Of a DNA stretch of 64,000 nucleotides, positions 9,381 to 19,346 are shown in pieces (the first letter of the stretch is position 1; each line of letters starts with the position of its first letter). The position numbers were made by a program, and so were the translations under genes. Source of the stretch: a virus (lineage: Duplodnaviria > Caudoviricetes). Location: positions 96,001 through 160,000 of IMG/VR virus record IMGVR_UViG_3300044719_000253, one strand, 5' to 3'. The notes beneath the pieces were generated by a model. The model saw only the letters and a list, made by a program, of their open reading frames with translations. It ran no database searches and was not told where the DNA came from.

Positions 9381-10712
9381 TCAGTACCGGCGCGGCGCCA
9401 TATTCGGTGGCAGATACCCGTTGTTTTGCGGATAAGCTGGTTGCGAATAACCCGACTGATACACCGGTTGTTGCTGCGGGTACGGTGTCGCTGGACGACC
9501 ACCGCCGAGCATCCGGTTGAGGTCATTCACCGACATCGGGCCACCGCTTTGCTGCGGGACCGGCGGCTGCTGATACGGGGCACTATACGCCGGTTGGTAC
9601 GGCAGGGGTGCCGGGGCCGGTTGCGGTTCCCACGGTGGCGTTGTGGTCGGATAGGCCGGTGCCGCCGGTACGGCTTGCGCTTGGACGCGCTTACGCGGAT
9701 CGACGGCTTCCGGGGCCGGCTCGTTGATGACACCGGTGGCTTGGGCAGGCACCGAACGGATTTGCGGCCACAGGGCGTCGAGATTTTCGAATGCCTCGAC
9801 CCAGCTCAGATCCAGAATCGCTTCCTTCAGGATCCGGTCGGCGGTGGGATCGACCCCCATCAGTTTTTCCGAGATTGCATTCAGATGGGTGGCGATCGGC
9901 AGCCAGGCCATCATCATAGCGTCCACCGACGGCGCGATGCGCGAGTTGGAACCGACATCGTACTGATGTGGGATATCCAGGCTCGGGATCAGGTAACGCA
10001 TCAGACCAATGAACGGCTGACGGTCCTTGACCTTCACTTCGCAACCGAACACTTCATCGACCGGCTTGGGGGGCTTCTTGGTCTTCGGTGCCGCTTTGTA
10101 GGCCTGCGCTTCCGCATCCAGCCGCACCAGTTCATCGTAGAACGGGAAATTCACCACAGCGACGCGGTGGTAGCTTTGGCCGCGCAACGTAGTGGCTTGG
10201 CTCAGATACAACGACACGAACACTTGCTGGATCTGGTTCGGCTTGGCTGCCACTTCCGAGATGTTATTCCAGGCCTTGATGGTTTCATCGATGTCCTTCC
10301 AGCGTTCGAGCGAGCCGGCATCAGCGTCCACGATCAGGTCCAGGAAGTCCTTTTGGTGCGGCGACAGCCGTTTGGTGATTTCCTTGTCGGCGATAAACTT
10401 CAGGATCACCGAGCCCAGGCCGCCGATCACCAGATTGAAACGGTTGATCAGCCAGTGGCGGTAGCGGGCCAGCAAGTCCGAATCCTTCGGGCCGTTGTCG
10501 CGCAGCAGGTGGAACACTTCATAATCCTTTACGTTGGGATCACGCAGGCGTTCGTCCAGCGGCAGCACCACCATCTTGCGGTCTTTGGCGGTGACCGGGA
10601 TGTATTCACCGGGTTCGATTTCCATGCGCACGAAGCCTTCGCTGGTGGTTTCCATCCGTGCCAGGCGCAGCATCGAACGATAGACATCGAACATATCGAG
10701 TTGGTCACTCAT
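9381..10712 (-). CDS. conserved chimallivirus protein (phiKZ gp70-like) with P/Q/Y-rich C-terminus
   Basis: 443-aa ORF with RBS AAAGGA, lying between the gp69-like and gp71-like genes. Confidence 0.7.
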   Translation of the reverse strand: MSDQLDMFDVYRSMLRLARMETTSEGFVRMEIEPGEYIPVTAKDRKMVVLPLDERLRDPNVKDYEVFHLLRDNGPKDSDLLARYRHWLINRFNLVIGGLGSVILKFIADKEITKRLSPHQKDFLDLIVDADAGSLERWKDIDETIKAWNNISEVAAKPNQIQQVFVSLYLSQATTLRGQSYHRVAVVNFPFYDELVRLDAEAQAYKAAPKTKKPPKPVDEVFGCEVKVKDRQPFIGLMRYLIPSLDIPHQYDVGSNSRIAPSVDAMMMAWLPIATHLNAISEKLMGVDPTADRILKEAILDLSWVEAFENLDALWPQIRSVPAQATGVINEPAPEAVDPRKRVQAQAVPAAPAYPTTTPPWEPQPAPAPLPYQPAYSAPYQQPPVPQQSGGPMSVNDLNRMLGGGRPATPYPQQQPVYQSGYSQPAYPQNNGYLPPNMAPRRY

Positions 10713-10767
10713 TGTGGTTTCCTTTATTATAGACGACCCTAGGTACGCCTAGGGTCGATGGTGATGA

Positions 10768-12432
10768 TTAGTAGCGGGTGCCCGAGGGCGGGGTCTGGAA
10801 CAACAGATCCGTGGCGAGCGGCTCGACAACCCGAGTGACCGCTTGCTGCAACTGATGGAACTGGGTCGCGACTTGGTCCAGCGTATCCGGTTGCGAAGTC
10901 AACACAGGTGGCATGCTGGCCGACATGAAGGCCGGGTGCACGTAGGTGTACTGCGGCTTGCCATCGATCGAGATCTTCGTAACAATATCGCCATTGAGGT
11001 CAGCGGCGATATCGAGATCGTAGCGATGCCAGCGCCCGCCGCCAGTCATCGGGTTGATGAACTGTTCAGTGAACATGTGCTTGATGATTTCCAGCTGCGG
11101 CACCGGATTGACCCCCGGCATATACGGCACACCATTGGTGACCCAGCACACACTCTCGCGGTTGCTGTTGGATGCGAACAGGTCGAGGGCGCGAATCCCG
11201 TTATCCATCATCAGTGGCGACAGAATGTTGTTGATCTGATTGGCCCACTGGGTTGACAAATCCTGACCATGCCAGGGCGACGTGTCTTGCCCCACCGCCA
11301 TGTTTTCCCGACGCGCCCCTTTGAACTGGTTGTAATCGCGCAGATTGATCTTCAGCACTTGGTCACTTTCGGCATTCGGATCGATCATAAGCAGATCGCG
11401 GAACTTGAAGGTGGCCGACACTTGACCGCTACCGTAATTGGCCAGCGCCTTGAGGAACGGATCGTCCGCGGCGGCTGGATCCCGCAACAGCCGGGTGGCC
11501 ACGGTGTACGGCTGCATTGCGCTGTTGTTACCCGTCTTGATCGCCATGTCATGCCCGGTGGCCAAGCCGCCGATGATTTTCGCCATGTAGTTATTCGGAT
11601 TGGTGTTGTGCACATCCGAGAACGTGGGCGTGCCGTTTTGCATATAACGGGTATCGGTAGTGCTGATCCCCGAATTGAGCAACTTCGGATCATTCATGCG
11701 CGACAGTGTGGCAGCCACTTCGTACGGTCGCATGCGAATCACGTTGGCGTTGTCAACCGAATCGAACTGGGTGTCGAGCAAGACTTGGTGCACGCTGTGC
11801 ATTTCCCACTGGCTTTGCGGACCATACCCGTAGTCGCGGGTGGTCTTGATGACTTCCATCACCGAGTTGACGGTGAGTTCCATCTGCGGGTCCAGGGTGT
11901 AGTCACTGTTGTTCAAACCAGCACGCATCTGTTTCTGGATAATCCCCATGAAGTTGGTGTAACCATTCATGAGGAAACGTTGCGGTTCCACTGCGCCATG
12001 GCGATATACGGCGATACGCAGCAGGAACCGAGCGGTTTGCAGATGCAAGCCCTGGGCCAAATTCAACCGTGCCGGTGCTTCGTGAAACGCAGCAGGCACG
12101 ATAAAGTTGGCCGACACCGGGGCCAAATCGAGGGGATTGATCTGATACTGCGCCATCGGATCGATCGCGCCCGCTTCTTGGCGTTGGCGGAATTCATTGT
12201 AGCTGTGCCCCACCACCTCATACACCTGGTTGATGTTGCCGGTGTTCAGCTCCGTCACGAATGGGCGGCGGTATTGCTGCTGGTACGTGCCGGTCGGCAC
12301 CACCACCAGTTCTTCCACCACGATTTGCGTGGCACGCGACGGGAAAGTCGGTTGGATACGCTGGTCAGCTTGATCACCGTAAGCTTGGTGCGGGTTGAAG
12401 GGTTGGTGGTTGTACGGATCGTGGTAAGACAT
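10768..12432 (-). CDS. picA: PicA/Imp1-like phage nuclear import protein (phiKZ gp69-like)
   Basis: 554 aa from ATG 12432 (AGGAG RBS), directly downstream of the gp68-like gene. The assignment is mainly from conserved gene order and size. Confidence 0.65.
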   Translation of the reverse strand: MSYHDPYNHQPFNPHQAYGDQADQRIQPTFPSRATQIVVEELVVVPTGTYQQQYRRPFVTELNTGNINQVYEVVGHSYNEFRQRQEAGAIDPMAQYQINPLDLAPVSANFIVPAAFHEAPARLNLAQGLHLQTARFLLRIAVYRHGAVEPQRFLMNGYTNFMGIIQKQMRAGLNNSDYTLDPQMELTVNSVMEVIKTTRDYGYGPQSQWEMHSVHQVLLDTQFDSVDNANVIRMRPYEVAATLSRMNDPKLLNSGISTTDTRYMQNGTPTFSDVHNTNPNNYMAKIIGGLATGHDMAIKTGNNSAMQPYTVATRLLRDPAAADDPFLKALANYGSGQVSATFKFRDLLMIDPNAESDQVLKINLRDYNQFKGARRENMAVGQDTSPWHGQDLSTQWANQINNILSPLMMDNGIRALDLFASNSNRESVCWVTNGVPYMPGVNPVPQLEIIKHMFTEQFINPMTGGGRWHRYDLDIAADLNGDIVTKISIDGKPQYTYVHPAFMSASMPPVLTSQPDTLDQVATQFHQLQQAVTRVVEPLATDLLFQTPPSGTRY

Positions 12433-12433
12433 G

Positions 12434-14119
12434 TTAGAAGCTCCTGGTGGCGATGCGGGTTGCGAGTTCCGCAAAGCGGTTACGAAAATCAGACTTGACG
12501 ATATACCGGCGGTTGCCGTCGTGGTTGGGAACACGCTTGACCCATGCGGGGGGCAAGTTGAGTAACCATTGGTATTTCGCAATGTCTTGGGTGATATTGT
12601 TAATCAATCGCACAGCCACGTTCGGTTGCTTGGCGTACGAGGGATTGTCGCTACGGCGTTTGCCTTCTTTCCGTTGGTGATACGGGAAGTGTTCGGCCAG
12701 CGCCGCAAGGTTAGCATCCGTCAGTTCAGCAGGAGGTGGGCTGCTGCCCCGCGGATTGCCTTCACGATCTTTGTCCGGCGTTGCCGTCATCAAAGCCGCG
12801 ATGTCGTAGAAGCCGTTATAGCACAACAATGCTGTGCCCACGGCCATCATATTCAAATCTTCCACGAGATTCATCTCATCGATGGCCCGCGGCGGGAACA
12901 ATGCATCCCAGCGTTCCTGAAACTTGGGATCCACTTCCCACTGCCCGTCGAGTTGACGACACTCAGCACCCAGCACGTTTTGCAGGATGGTGAATTGCGA
13001 TTGTAACGGACGGTTGCGCCGCAGCGGTTCGATGGTTTTGAGCGCCAGTTGTAACCAGGTCTCATCCATGTCGGGATGCATCCGGCCGATGAACAACTCG
13101 GGTGTGCGCGCACAGGCTTCTGGTAAAGTCAAGTCGCCGGCCGGGAACGGTTCCCGGATCTTGATCAATTCCGACACCGAAGCACGGTTTTCCTGATCAT
13201 TCCCGCCCGCACCACTTTCCGGAATCTTCGGCTTGACCCGTTCATTGAACTGGCGATCCGCGCCTTCCAGATGCTGTTCGATGAACGAGTAGACCCGACC
13301 AATCAGCGAGAAGTTGGGATCGCGACCCGAGAAGTCCACCCATGCCAAGCGGCGCACGATCAAAATCGCTAGGGTTTGGAACGGCGCATCTTCGCGTGGT
13401 ACCGAGCCTTCCATGGCCGAGTTCTTGAATTTCTCGGGCGTCAGGTAACGGTTGATGTAAGTTTCCAGCCGGGTGTAGCCATCGGTTTCCGCCAACACGG
13501 TTTGGGTCGCCAAGCGCAGCGCATACATCTCCTTGAACTGGTTATTGACTTCTTCGTTGACGTTTTCCAGGAACTGGCCCCAAATCGGCACCAACATCCG
13601 GGTCAACATCACCAACACCACCAAGCCCCAGTAATCCTTTTCGATGTAAGTGGCATCTGCTGGGCGATTGCGCAGGCCAAAACCTTCGCCCTTTTCCGCC
13701 GATTCTTCATAAGTCGGGTACACCCGGATCCCGCTCGGGAATACAATGGTCGGGGTCAGGCGCACCCACTGCGCCACGTGTTCGGGTGGACAAATCTCGA
13801 AAATCTTTTTGATGTGCGGCGGTACACGACGGCGCAGATCCTTGATCGATTCGTGGGCGTACGGTTCGAGGATCTCGCGGATCGCCCGGTATTCTTCGAA
13901 CAGTTCGTTTTGTTTGTGCGGCGGTAGTTGATTTAAGTACTGGTTGATGTGGTCAAACGGATCAAACGGTAAACGTTCAACTTCATCGTCATCCACTTTG
14001 CCGCGTTGCGGCTTCTTGTTACTGCGTTCCAAAATCTTAACATCCCACACCAGTTCCTGGCCAGCGTGGTCAATAACAATGGTTGAGGATTTGACGGCAT
14101 ACTCTTTCCGAAATCGCAC
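12434..14119 (-). CDS. nvRNAP promoter-specificity subunit (phiKZ gp68-like)
   Basis: N-terminus IDHAGQELVW...FDHINQYLNQLPPHKQNELFEEYRAIREIL resembles the gp68 N-terminus as recalled. GTG 14119 has an AAGGAG RBS. Position fits. Confidence 0.8.
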   Translation of the reverse strand: MRFRKEYAVKSSTIVIDHAGQELVWDVKILERSNKKPQRGKVDDDEVERLPFDPFDHINQYLNQLPPHKQNELFEEYRAIREILEPYAHESIKDLRRRVPPHIKKIFEICPPEHVAQWVRLTPTIVFPSGIRVYPTYEESAEKGEGFGLRNRPADATYIEKDYWGLVVLVMLTRMLVPIWGQFLENVNEEVNNQFKEMYALRLATQTVLAETDGYTRLETYINRYLTPEKFKNSAMEGSVPREDAPFQTLAILIVRRLAWVDFSGRDPNFSLIGRVYSFIEQHLEGADRQFNERVKPKIPESGAGGNDQENRASVSELIKIREPFPAGDLTLPEACARTPELFIGRMHPDMDETWLQLALKTIEPLRRNRPLQSQFTILQNVLGAECRQLDGQWEVDPKFQERWDALFPPRAIDEMNLVEDLNMMAVGTALLCYNGFYDIAALMTATPDKDREGNPRGSSPPPAELTDANLAALAEHFPYHQRKEGKRRSDNPSYAKQPNVAVRLINNITQDIAKYQWLLNLPPAWVKRVPNHDGNRRYIVKSDFRNRFAELATRIATRSF

Positions 14120-14166
14120 GTTGTGAACTCCTTGTTGTTGGTTGTGATATCCTGGTACTGCTCGTG

Positions 14167-14189
14167 TTAGTGATATATGCTTGAGTTTT
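14167..14189 (-). promoter_or_regulatory. early-type promoter, TATATCAC variant
   Basis: Minus strand reads AAAACTCAAGCATATATCACTAA, upstream of the gp68-like gene. Confidence 0.7.
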
Positions 14190-14264
14190 CTTAGCGTCCT
14201 TTTTTCTCGCACCAAAGGCATAGCCCACGCGGCCCGAAAGCCGCGCGGTACTAATTAAGACACA

Positions 14265-15050
14265 TCAATACGGGATGTCGTCATCTTCCTCGACCACCAC
14301 CGCGGCTTGCTGACGCTGGGCGCCGCCGCCCGAATTACCACCATTGTTGTAACCACCGCCGTTACCGCCACGGTTTTGGTAGCCGCCATTGCCACCACCA
14401 TTCCCACCTTGTTGCTGTGGCACGAACGGCGGCTTGTATTGATCCGGCACTTGGTGTTGACGGATCATCGACGTTTGGATGCGTTGATGCAGTTCGGACA
14501 GCAGCTTATGGTAACTGCGGGCAGCCGACTGGCTCATCTCGGCATCGCTGAACTTGGAGCCATCGGCGTGCGCGAACACGAATTCCGGACGTTCGGCCAG
14601 GAAGCCGAATTCGATCTGCGGACGGTTGTACTGGACCAGCGAGATCGCGATCTTGCCTTCCGAGTCCTTGACGAAGAACAGCTTGTTGCCATCGCGCGGC
14701 GTGTCGATGCGTTCGCGCTGTTTGGTGTCCTTGTTGAAGCGGAAGAACTGTTGCTCGACCACGGCGACTTTCATCTCGCCCTTGGCACGGACCACGTCGC
14801 CGAACAGGTGCACCACCTTTTCGAAGTCCCAGTAATTCATCTTCATGCGGATGACGTCACCGTCTTTGGCTTTCTCTTTGTCAGCCGGGTCACCGGTACG
14901 GACCATGAACGTCACGCGGCCCGCAGCGTCGACATCGATCTTGAACATTGCGCGCTTGCCCGGCGCCGTCGACGGCGCCCACAGCGTCATCACGAACAGA
15001 TCGAAAGGGGCGGCAGGACGGGTGTCCTTCTCTTGGTTGTTATAAGCCAT
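14265..15050 (-). CDS. chmC: ChmC-like nucleic-acid-binding protein (Whirly-like N-domain, G/N-rich tail; phiKZ gp67 position)
   Basis: Beta-rich N-terminal domain, then a low-complexity QQQGGNGGGNGGY tail ending EEDDDIPY. Lies two genes upstream of the PicA-like gene. Confidence 0.6.
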   Translation of the reverse strand: MAYNNQEKDTRPAAPFDLFVMTLWAPSTAPGKRAMFKIDVDAAGRVTFMVRTGDPADKEKAKDGDVIRMKMNYWDFEKVVHLFGDVVRAKGEMKVAVVEQQFFRFNKDTKQRERIDTPRDGNKLFFVKDSEGKIAISLVQYNRPQIEFGFLAERPEFVFAHADGSKFSDAEMSQSAARSYHKLLSELHQRIQTSMIRQHQVPDQYKPPFVPQQQGGNGGGNGGYQNRGGNGGGYNNGGNSGGGAQRQQAAVVVEEDDDIPY

Positions 15051-15121
15051 GTTGTCATCCTAAAAAGGTAGTGTTTGCGGTCTACATTCAATAGCGTGTG
15101 TGGATATTTTTCCACCACGTT

Positions 15122-15991
15122 TTAGACGAGTACCTGGAAGATACGCTTTACTTTGAGCAAGTGCGCGGGGTTTTGTAACTCATTCAGATTGTCAATGATT
15201 CGAGCCCGGGTGGTGAGCGCGTGCCATTGTCGCTTCTCAGCGATTGCCACAATCGCTTTGCGCAAGCGATGATCGAGCGGCGAGAACGTGTCGAGGTCGC
15301 CAAAGATTTGGAGCAACTCTTCCGTGAAGGGAATCATCGACAATGATTTACCTTCGTAATACTTGGAAGAGAACAAGGCTTTGGGTTTGATCCGTCCGGT
15401 GTGTGACTCGATCAAGTGGAGTTCCCCGAAGCGTTTCTCGGCCAACAGATCATACGCGATGTGGGTTAAAATAATAGTCTTGACAGCCACACCCGGTGGC
15501 AAATCATCGAACAGCAAGAACTGATCTTTGCATTCTGCCAAGAAAATCTTGATCACATCCTGGAGCCGATTGTGATTGTGGTGCTGTTTGGGAGTGCTGT
15601 CTTTGCGAAGTTCGGCTTCTGGGTATTTGCGCTCCAATTGGTTAAGATTGCTAAAGTAATACGTAACTTTGATCGGGTAGCCCACATAGTGCTGGAGCAT
15701 GTCGGGGATGATACCCATCTCTTCGTATAAGATTTGGGCCAATTCCGTCGACGAAATACGTTCGGCGATATCTTTCGACATCGACCCCAAGCAATTGCGG
15801 AACAACGTACGCAGATTCACCCAAACTTCTTTGTATGCCCTCATCGGTGGGCGATTCATCTCATCGGGAAAATCGGGATGGATCCCGCACAGACGTTCAA
15901 TCGCCAACGCGGTCGGAACCGACAAGGGCAAATAGCCCAGCGTCCGTTGATCGGCGCTATTGGCGATCTGGGTTTGGTAGTCAGTGGCCAT
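15122..15991 (-). CDS. conserved protein (phiKZ gp66-like; possible PIN/FEN-like fold)
   Basis: 289-aa ORF with a GAGGA RBS, next to the SbcD-like gene. VWVNLRTLFRN resembles PIN-fold starts (inference). Confidence 0.6.
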   Translation of the reverse strand: MATDYQTQIANSADQRTLGYLPLSVPTALAIERLCGIHPDFPDEMNRPPMRAYKEVWVNLRTLFRNCLGSMSKDIAERISSTELAQILYEEMGIIPDMLQHYVGYPIKVTYYFSNLNQLERKYPEAELRKDSTPKQHHNHNRLQDVIKIFLAECKDQFLLFDDLPPGVAVKTIILTHIAYDLLAEKRFGELHLIESHTGRIKPKALFSSKYYEGKSLSMIPFTEELLQIFGDLDTFSPLDHRLRKAIVAIAEKRQWHALTTRARIIDNLNELQNPAHLLKVKRIFQVLV

Positions 15992-16003
15992 GATCCTCCT
16001 TAA

Positions 16004-17188
16004 CTAGCAGGGGTGGGGGAACAAGTCTTGCAACAGCTCCACCGACGCATCCAGCAGCGCACCAGACGCGCCTTCACTGGCGATCTTCTCCAGAATCAAA
16101 CTGGCAAGATTATCGGGGGTGATCCGAATCGGGACATAACGAGTTTCGGTTTCTGCCACTGGTGCAATGGCTTTGGCCTTATCCCGCACCGGCTCCTTCT
16201 TCCAATGAAGTAATGGTCCCATGCGTAGCAACACTTCCATGCTACTGAACACCGGATGATTGCTTTCGGCTTTCACCCGCACATGGGAATGATCAGGCAA
16301 GTCACCGATCCGGTCACCGATAAACGCGTAGGTCTCTTCCAGCGACATACCGGTACAGTCGAGGGTATCGAAGCGCATGGCGTGGATATTTTCGATGAAG
16401 CGAATCTGCCATGTACCATCCGGCATCCATTTGAAGCGCATATGCCCTTTGGGGGTTTCATAGCCATGACCCAAGCGGTCGAACGAACCTTGCACATAAA
16501 TCCCATGCCCGTCTTGTTCAAAGCTCTTGGCGGTATGGTCATGGCCGATGCTGATGTTGTGCTTGACGATTTTCAGGTACTCTTGCTCGTCATGGGTGAT
16601 CGAACTGTCCACGTACTCGATCTGAAAGCGGAACAAACCATGCATGACAGCGATGTCAACTTGCTCCAATCCCCGGGCACGGAGCAAATCTTTCACGGTT
16701 TGCAATGCAGGGCCCGAGCCACCGGGCGGTTCGTCCGGGATATACAGTACATGAATCCCTAAGTCTTCCATGTACTCGATATCGATCGTGTCGATATACT
16801 TCAGATCCGTGCCAATTTGACCGATCTTGTTTTCCATGGTGACGTACTTGGATTGCTTGCGATCGTGCAGCGGTGTCCCTTCCAACACCCGCAGCTTGAT
16901 GTTGTGTTTTTTGCACAGCTGCAAAAGATAGTTAATGAAGTACTTGACTTCGAAGATGTCTTCGTCGTTGAACATCATCAGGTTGTCAAACAAATCCCCG
17001 GCAATAAAGATCACATCAAGACTAGCAGTGTCAGGATCATCCGGTAACGCTGCCATCAAATTACGGGCAATGCGGTACGCGGGATTGCGGTTATGACCGA
17101 AATGGATGTCGCTGAAAACCGCGTAATAAAACCCGCCGGTCTTAAACCGGGTCAAACTCAGTACTGTCTCGGGCGATGTCGTCGGCAT
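16004..17188 (-). CDS. Mre11/SbcD-family metallophosphoesterase nuclease (phiKZ gp65-like)
   Basis: Motifs SDIH, AGDLFD, GTPLHD, MHG and GHDH. Start approximate. Confidence 0.9.
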   Translation of the reverse strand: MPTTSPETVLSLTRFKTGGFYYAVFSDIHFGHNRNPAYRIARNLMAALPDDPDTASLDVIFIAGDLFDNLMMFNDEDIFEVKYFINYLLQLCKKHNIKLRVLEGTPLHDRKQSKYVTMENKIGQIGTDLKYIDTIDIEYMEDLGIHVLYIPDEPPGGSGPALQTVKDLLRARGLEQVDIAVMHGLFRFQIEYVDSSITHDEQEYLKIVKHNISIGHDHTAKSFEQDGHGIYVQGSFDRLGHGYETPKGHMRFKWMPDGTWQIRFIENIHAMRFDTLDCTGMSLEETYAFIGDRIGDLPDHSHVRVKAESNHPVFSSMEVLLRMGPLLHWKKEPVRDKAKAIAPVAETETRYVPIRITPDNLASLILEKIASEGASGALLDASVELLQDLFPHPC

Positions 17189-17714
17189 GGGGAGTGGATG
17201 TGGTGACAGTGGAAGGGGTGAGCGGGGCGCGGTTATATCGCGCGAAGATTGCATTCCAGCGCTCCAGGTGCTCTTGGTTCACGTCTTTGGCATTGAACAT
17301 AAACGCGCGATTGCGTAGTTCATGGGCCACGACGTTTTGGACCGCATCGGCACCACGCCCCGCGTACATGCGCGCCGCATACACCGCATCCGACAGCGAT
17401 GGCATACGTGCATCTTGCCGGCTGCCGTCGAGCGGTTTGATGGCCGATTGGCTAAACAACGGTGGGACAGTGAACAACAGTTCGTTTTTAGCATTGATCA
17501 CCGAGACTTCATTGAACGGACCATGAGCCACATTCAACCACATTTCCGGGGTGGCCGGGTGCACTGGATTGGGATCGCCGGCGAACAAGGGCAAGAACAC
17601 CTCGACGAAGAATTGCTCTTGAATCACGGCGTTATTCAGGCTGCTGCGCGTGAACGCGGTGTCGATATCGTTGATCAGATCCGACAGTTGACGGGTGACG
17701 AAATCGGCTTGCAT
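17142..17714 (-). CDS. conserved hypothetical protein
   Basis: 190-aa ORF with AAGGA RBS in a contiguous operon. Confidence 0.75.
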   Translation of the reverse strand: MQADFVTRQLSDLINDIDTAFTRSSLNNAVIQEQFFVEVFLPLFAGDPNPVHPATPEMWLNVAHGPFNEVSVINAKNELLFTVPPLFSQSAIKPLDGSRQDARMPSLSDAVYAARMYAGRGADAVQNVVAHELRNRAFMFNAKDVNQEHLERWNAIFARYNRAPLTPSTVTTSTPHADDIARDSTEFDPV

Positions 17715-17728
17715 GGGAATTCCTTTTA

Positions 17729-18148
17729 TCAGTAATTGGCTTTGCCTGTATTATTAAGAGTCGTAATTTTTTCAAATTTGCCGTCGATCAGAGTCAATAA
17801 TTGCCCCACATCGTAACGTTGTCCAGCTTCGGTCACCATGATCTTGACCGTGACGTGAACGCGGCTGGAGGGGTTGGTGAGAGAGTCATCGTCGACTTCC
17901 ACCACCACGTGTTCATACATCCGGCCCAGGTATTGTTCCAGGCTGGCACGCAGGCGTTCGCGCAGCTGCAACATGTCGTTACCGCACTCTTTGAGCAGGA
18001 TCGACAGATTGGCGATGGTGCCTTTGAATTGGTGATCTTGGTTGGCGTCGGAAGCGAAAAAGACAGCCAGCAGGCGGTCGGTTTTCTCTACGATCGAATA
18101 GATGTAGCCTTTGGAGGACAGGCTGGCATACGGTTTGACAGTCGACAT
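17729..18148 (-). CDS. conserved hypothetical protein (phiKZ gp62-like position)
   Basis: ATG 18148 with a GGAG RBS. The upstream extension in the ORF track runs through a terminator hairpin. Confidence 0.75.
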   Translation of the reverse strand: MSTVKPYASLSSKGYIYSIVEKTDRLLAVFFASDANQDHQFKGTIANLSILLKECGNDMLQLRERLRASLEQYLGRMYEHVVVEVDDDSLTNPSSRVHVTVKIMVTEAGQRYDVGQLLTLIDGKFEKITTLNNTGKANY

Positions 18149-18237
18149 ACGGGCTCCTGGAAGTGGGTGCAAAAAATTAAGATCCATACGATCCCCTACC
18201 GACCACCCCGCAAGGTAGTCGGTAGGGTTATGTTGCA

Positions 18238-18867
18238 TTACAAGCTATCGCCCGTTTTCGAAGTCGGGTCCACCATCGAACGCGCGAGCGAATACTTCAG
18301 CGACTCCCACGTGTTCAAGATGGCGTTTTGCTCCACCAAGACCAGGTTCCGATCCCCTTCCATCAATTCCTCCAGGTACGTCACCGATTCCCAGCCGCCA
18401 TGCGGGTTGTCTTCCGTCGGCTTCTGCAATTGAATCACCCCATCCATCACCCGGCGCCAGTTATAGTTATCCTCACCATACTTTCCTGGGAATGGTGCGG
18501 TATAACCATAACCTTCACACCGCCCTTGGTCGTACATACGGGCAATGGTGGGTTCGGCCATGATAAAGCGCTGCATCAACGGCTGAGCTTGTTGCATCTC
18601 GTAGATCGACGTGATTTGCCGGATACGATCATCCAGGAAATAACTTTGGATCCGCGCGACACCAACCCGCGCCCGGTGCAGGGCTTCATCACTGTACAGC
18701 GCATGGTACGCATCGACCACGCCTTGCGCGAAAGCATTGCCGGTACGTTGGATGTAACTGCCGATCGCTGCGGCTTGCTCCTGGGCGTACCGCAGCATCG
18801 AGGGATGGGGCTCGCCGGCAGTGATCATGTTCAACTCTGCTTCACCACCGAAAATCAAGCTTGCCAT
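18238..18867 (-). CDS. conserved hypothetical protein (phiKZ gp59-like position)
   Basis: 209-aa ORF translationally coupled (TAATG) to the upstream gene. Confidence 0.75.
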   Translation of the reverse strand: MASLIFGGEAELNMITAGEPHPSMLRYAQEQAAAIGSYIQRTGNAFAQGVVDAYHALYSDEALHRARVGVARIQSYFLDDRIRQITSIYEMQQAQPLMQRFIMAEPTIARMYDQGRCEGYGYTAPFPGKYGEDNYNWRRVMDGVIQLQKPTEDNPHGGWESVTYLEELMEGDRNLVLVEQNAILNTWESLKYSLARSMVDPTSKTGDSL

Positions 18868-19085
18868 TACTGCTCCTTGTCATCCGGATAGGTTTTGACG
18901 AACCTTTCATTGGCGTTATAGGCGTCCATGACCTTCAAGTCCGCCGTCTGGGTGTCTGTCGCATACAGGTTGTGCGGGAATTGATGCCCGCCCCAGCTCA
19001 CGGCGCGTTGCTCGTAGGTCCTGAGATCGAACTGCGTCAGCGCCTGCGAGATCACGATACCGTCTTCTTGAACCGCTTGACTCAT
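18867..19085 (-). CDS. small hypothetical protein
   Basis: 72 aa with strong RBS (AAGGAAAGGAG), coupled to the next gene. Confidence 0.7.
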   Translation of the reverse strand: MSQAVQEDGIVISQALTQFDLRTYEQRAVSWGGHQFPHNLYATDTQTADLKVMDAYNANERFVKTYPDDKEQ

Positions 19086-19115
19086 GTGTGACTCCTTTCC
19101 TTTTAGTGTGCTACG

Positions 19116-19346
19116 TTACGCGGCATCGGGCAAGGCCATCATCCGTGCGTAGATCGCGGGGTCCACCGGCAGAGTAGGTGCTGCCTCGATGAAGTTGGCG
19201 GCCGTCGAGATCCACGGTTTGGTTTTGGCCAGATTGCCCGAGATTTCCCGCGGGCGAGCGGTCGACATCGCGCTGCGGTACGGCGCCATGGCTTCGAATC
19301 GTGCAGCCATGTAATCGTCCAGCAACAACGTCAAATTCATTTCGTC
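19116..19346 (-). CDS. nvRNAP beta-prime N-terminal subunit, exon 2 (phiKZ gp56.1-like)
   Basis: Begins GAC GAA ATG AAT (D-E-M-N), which completes NADYDG-DEMN after splicing. Confidence 0.9.
   Translation of the reverse strand, partial: DEMNLTLLLDDYMAARFEAMAPYRSAMSTARPREISGNLAKTKPWISTAANFIEAAPTLPVDPAIYARMMALPDAA

Noticed and set aside
14330-14400. GGTGGCAAT/GGCGGT-type short repeats
   Set aside because: They simply encode the GGN-rich linker of the ChmC-like protein and are not a DNA-level repeat element.
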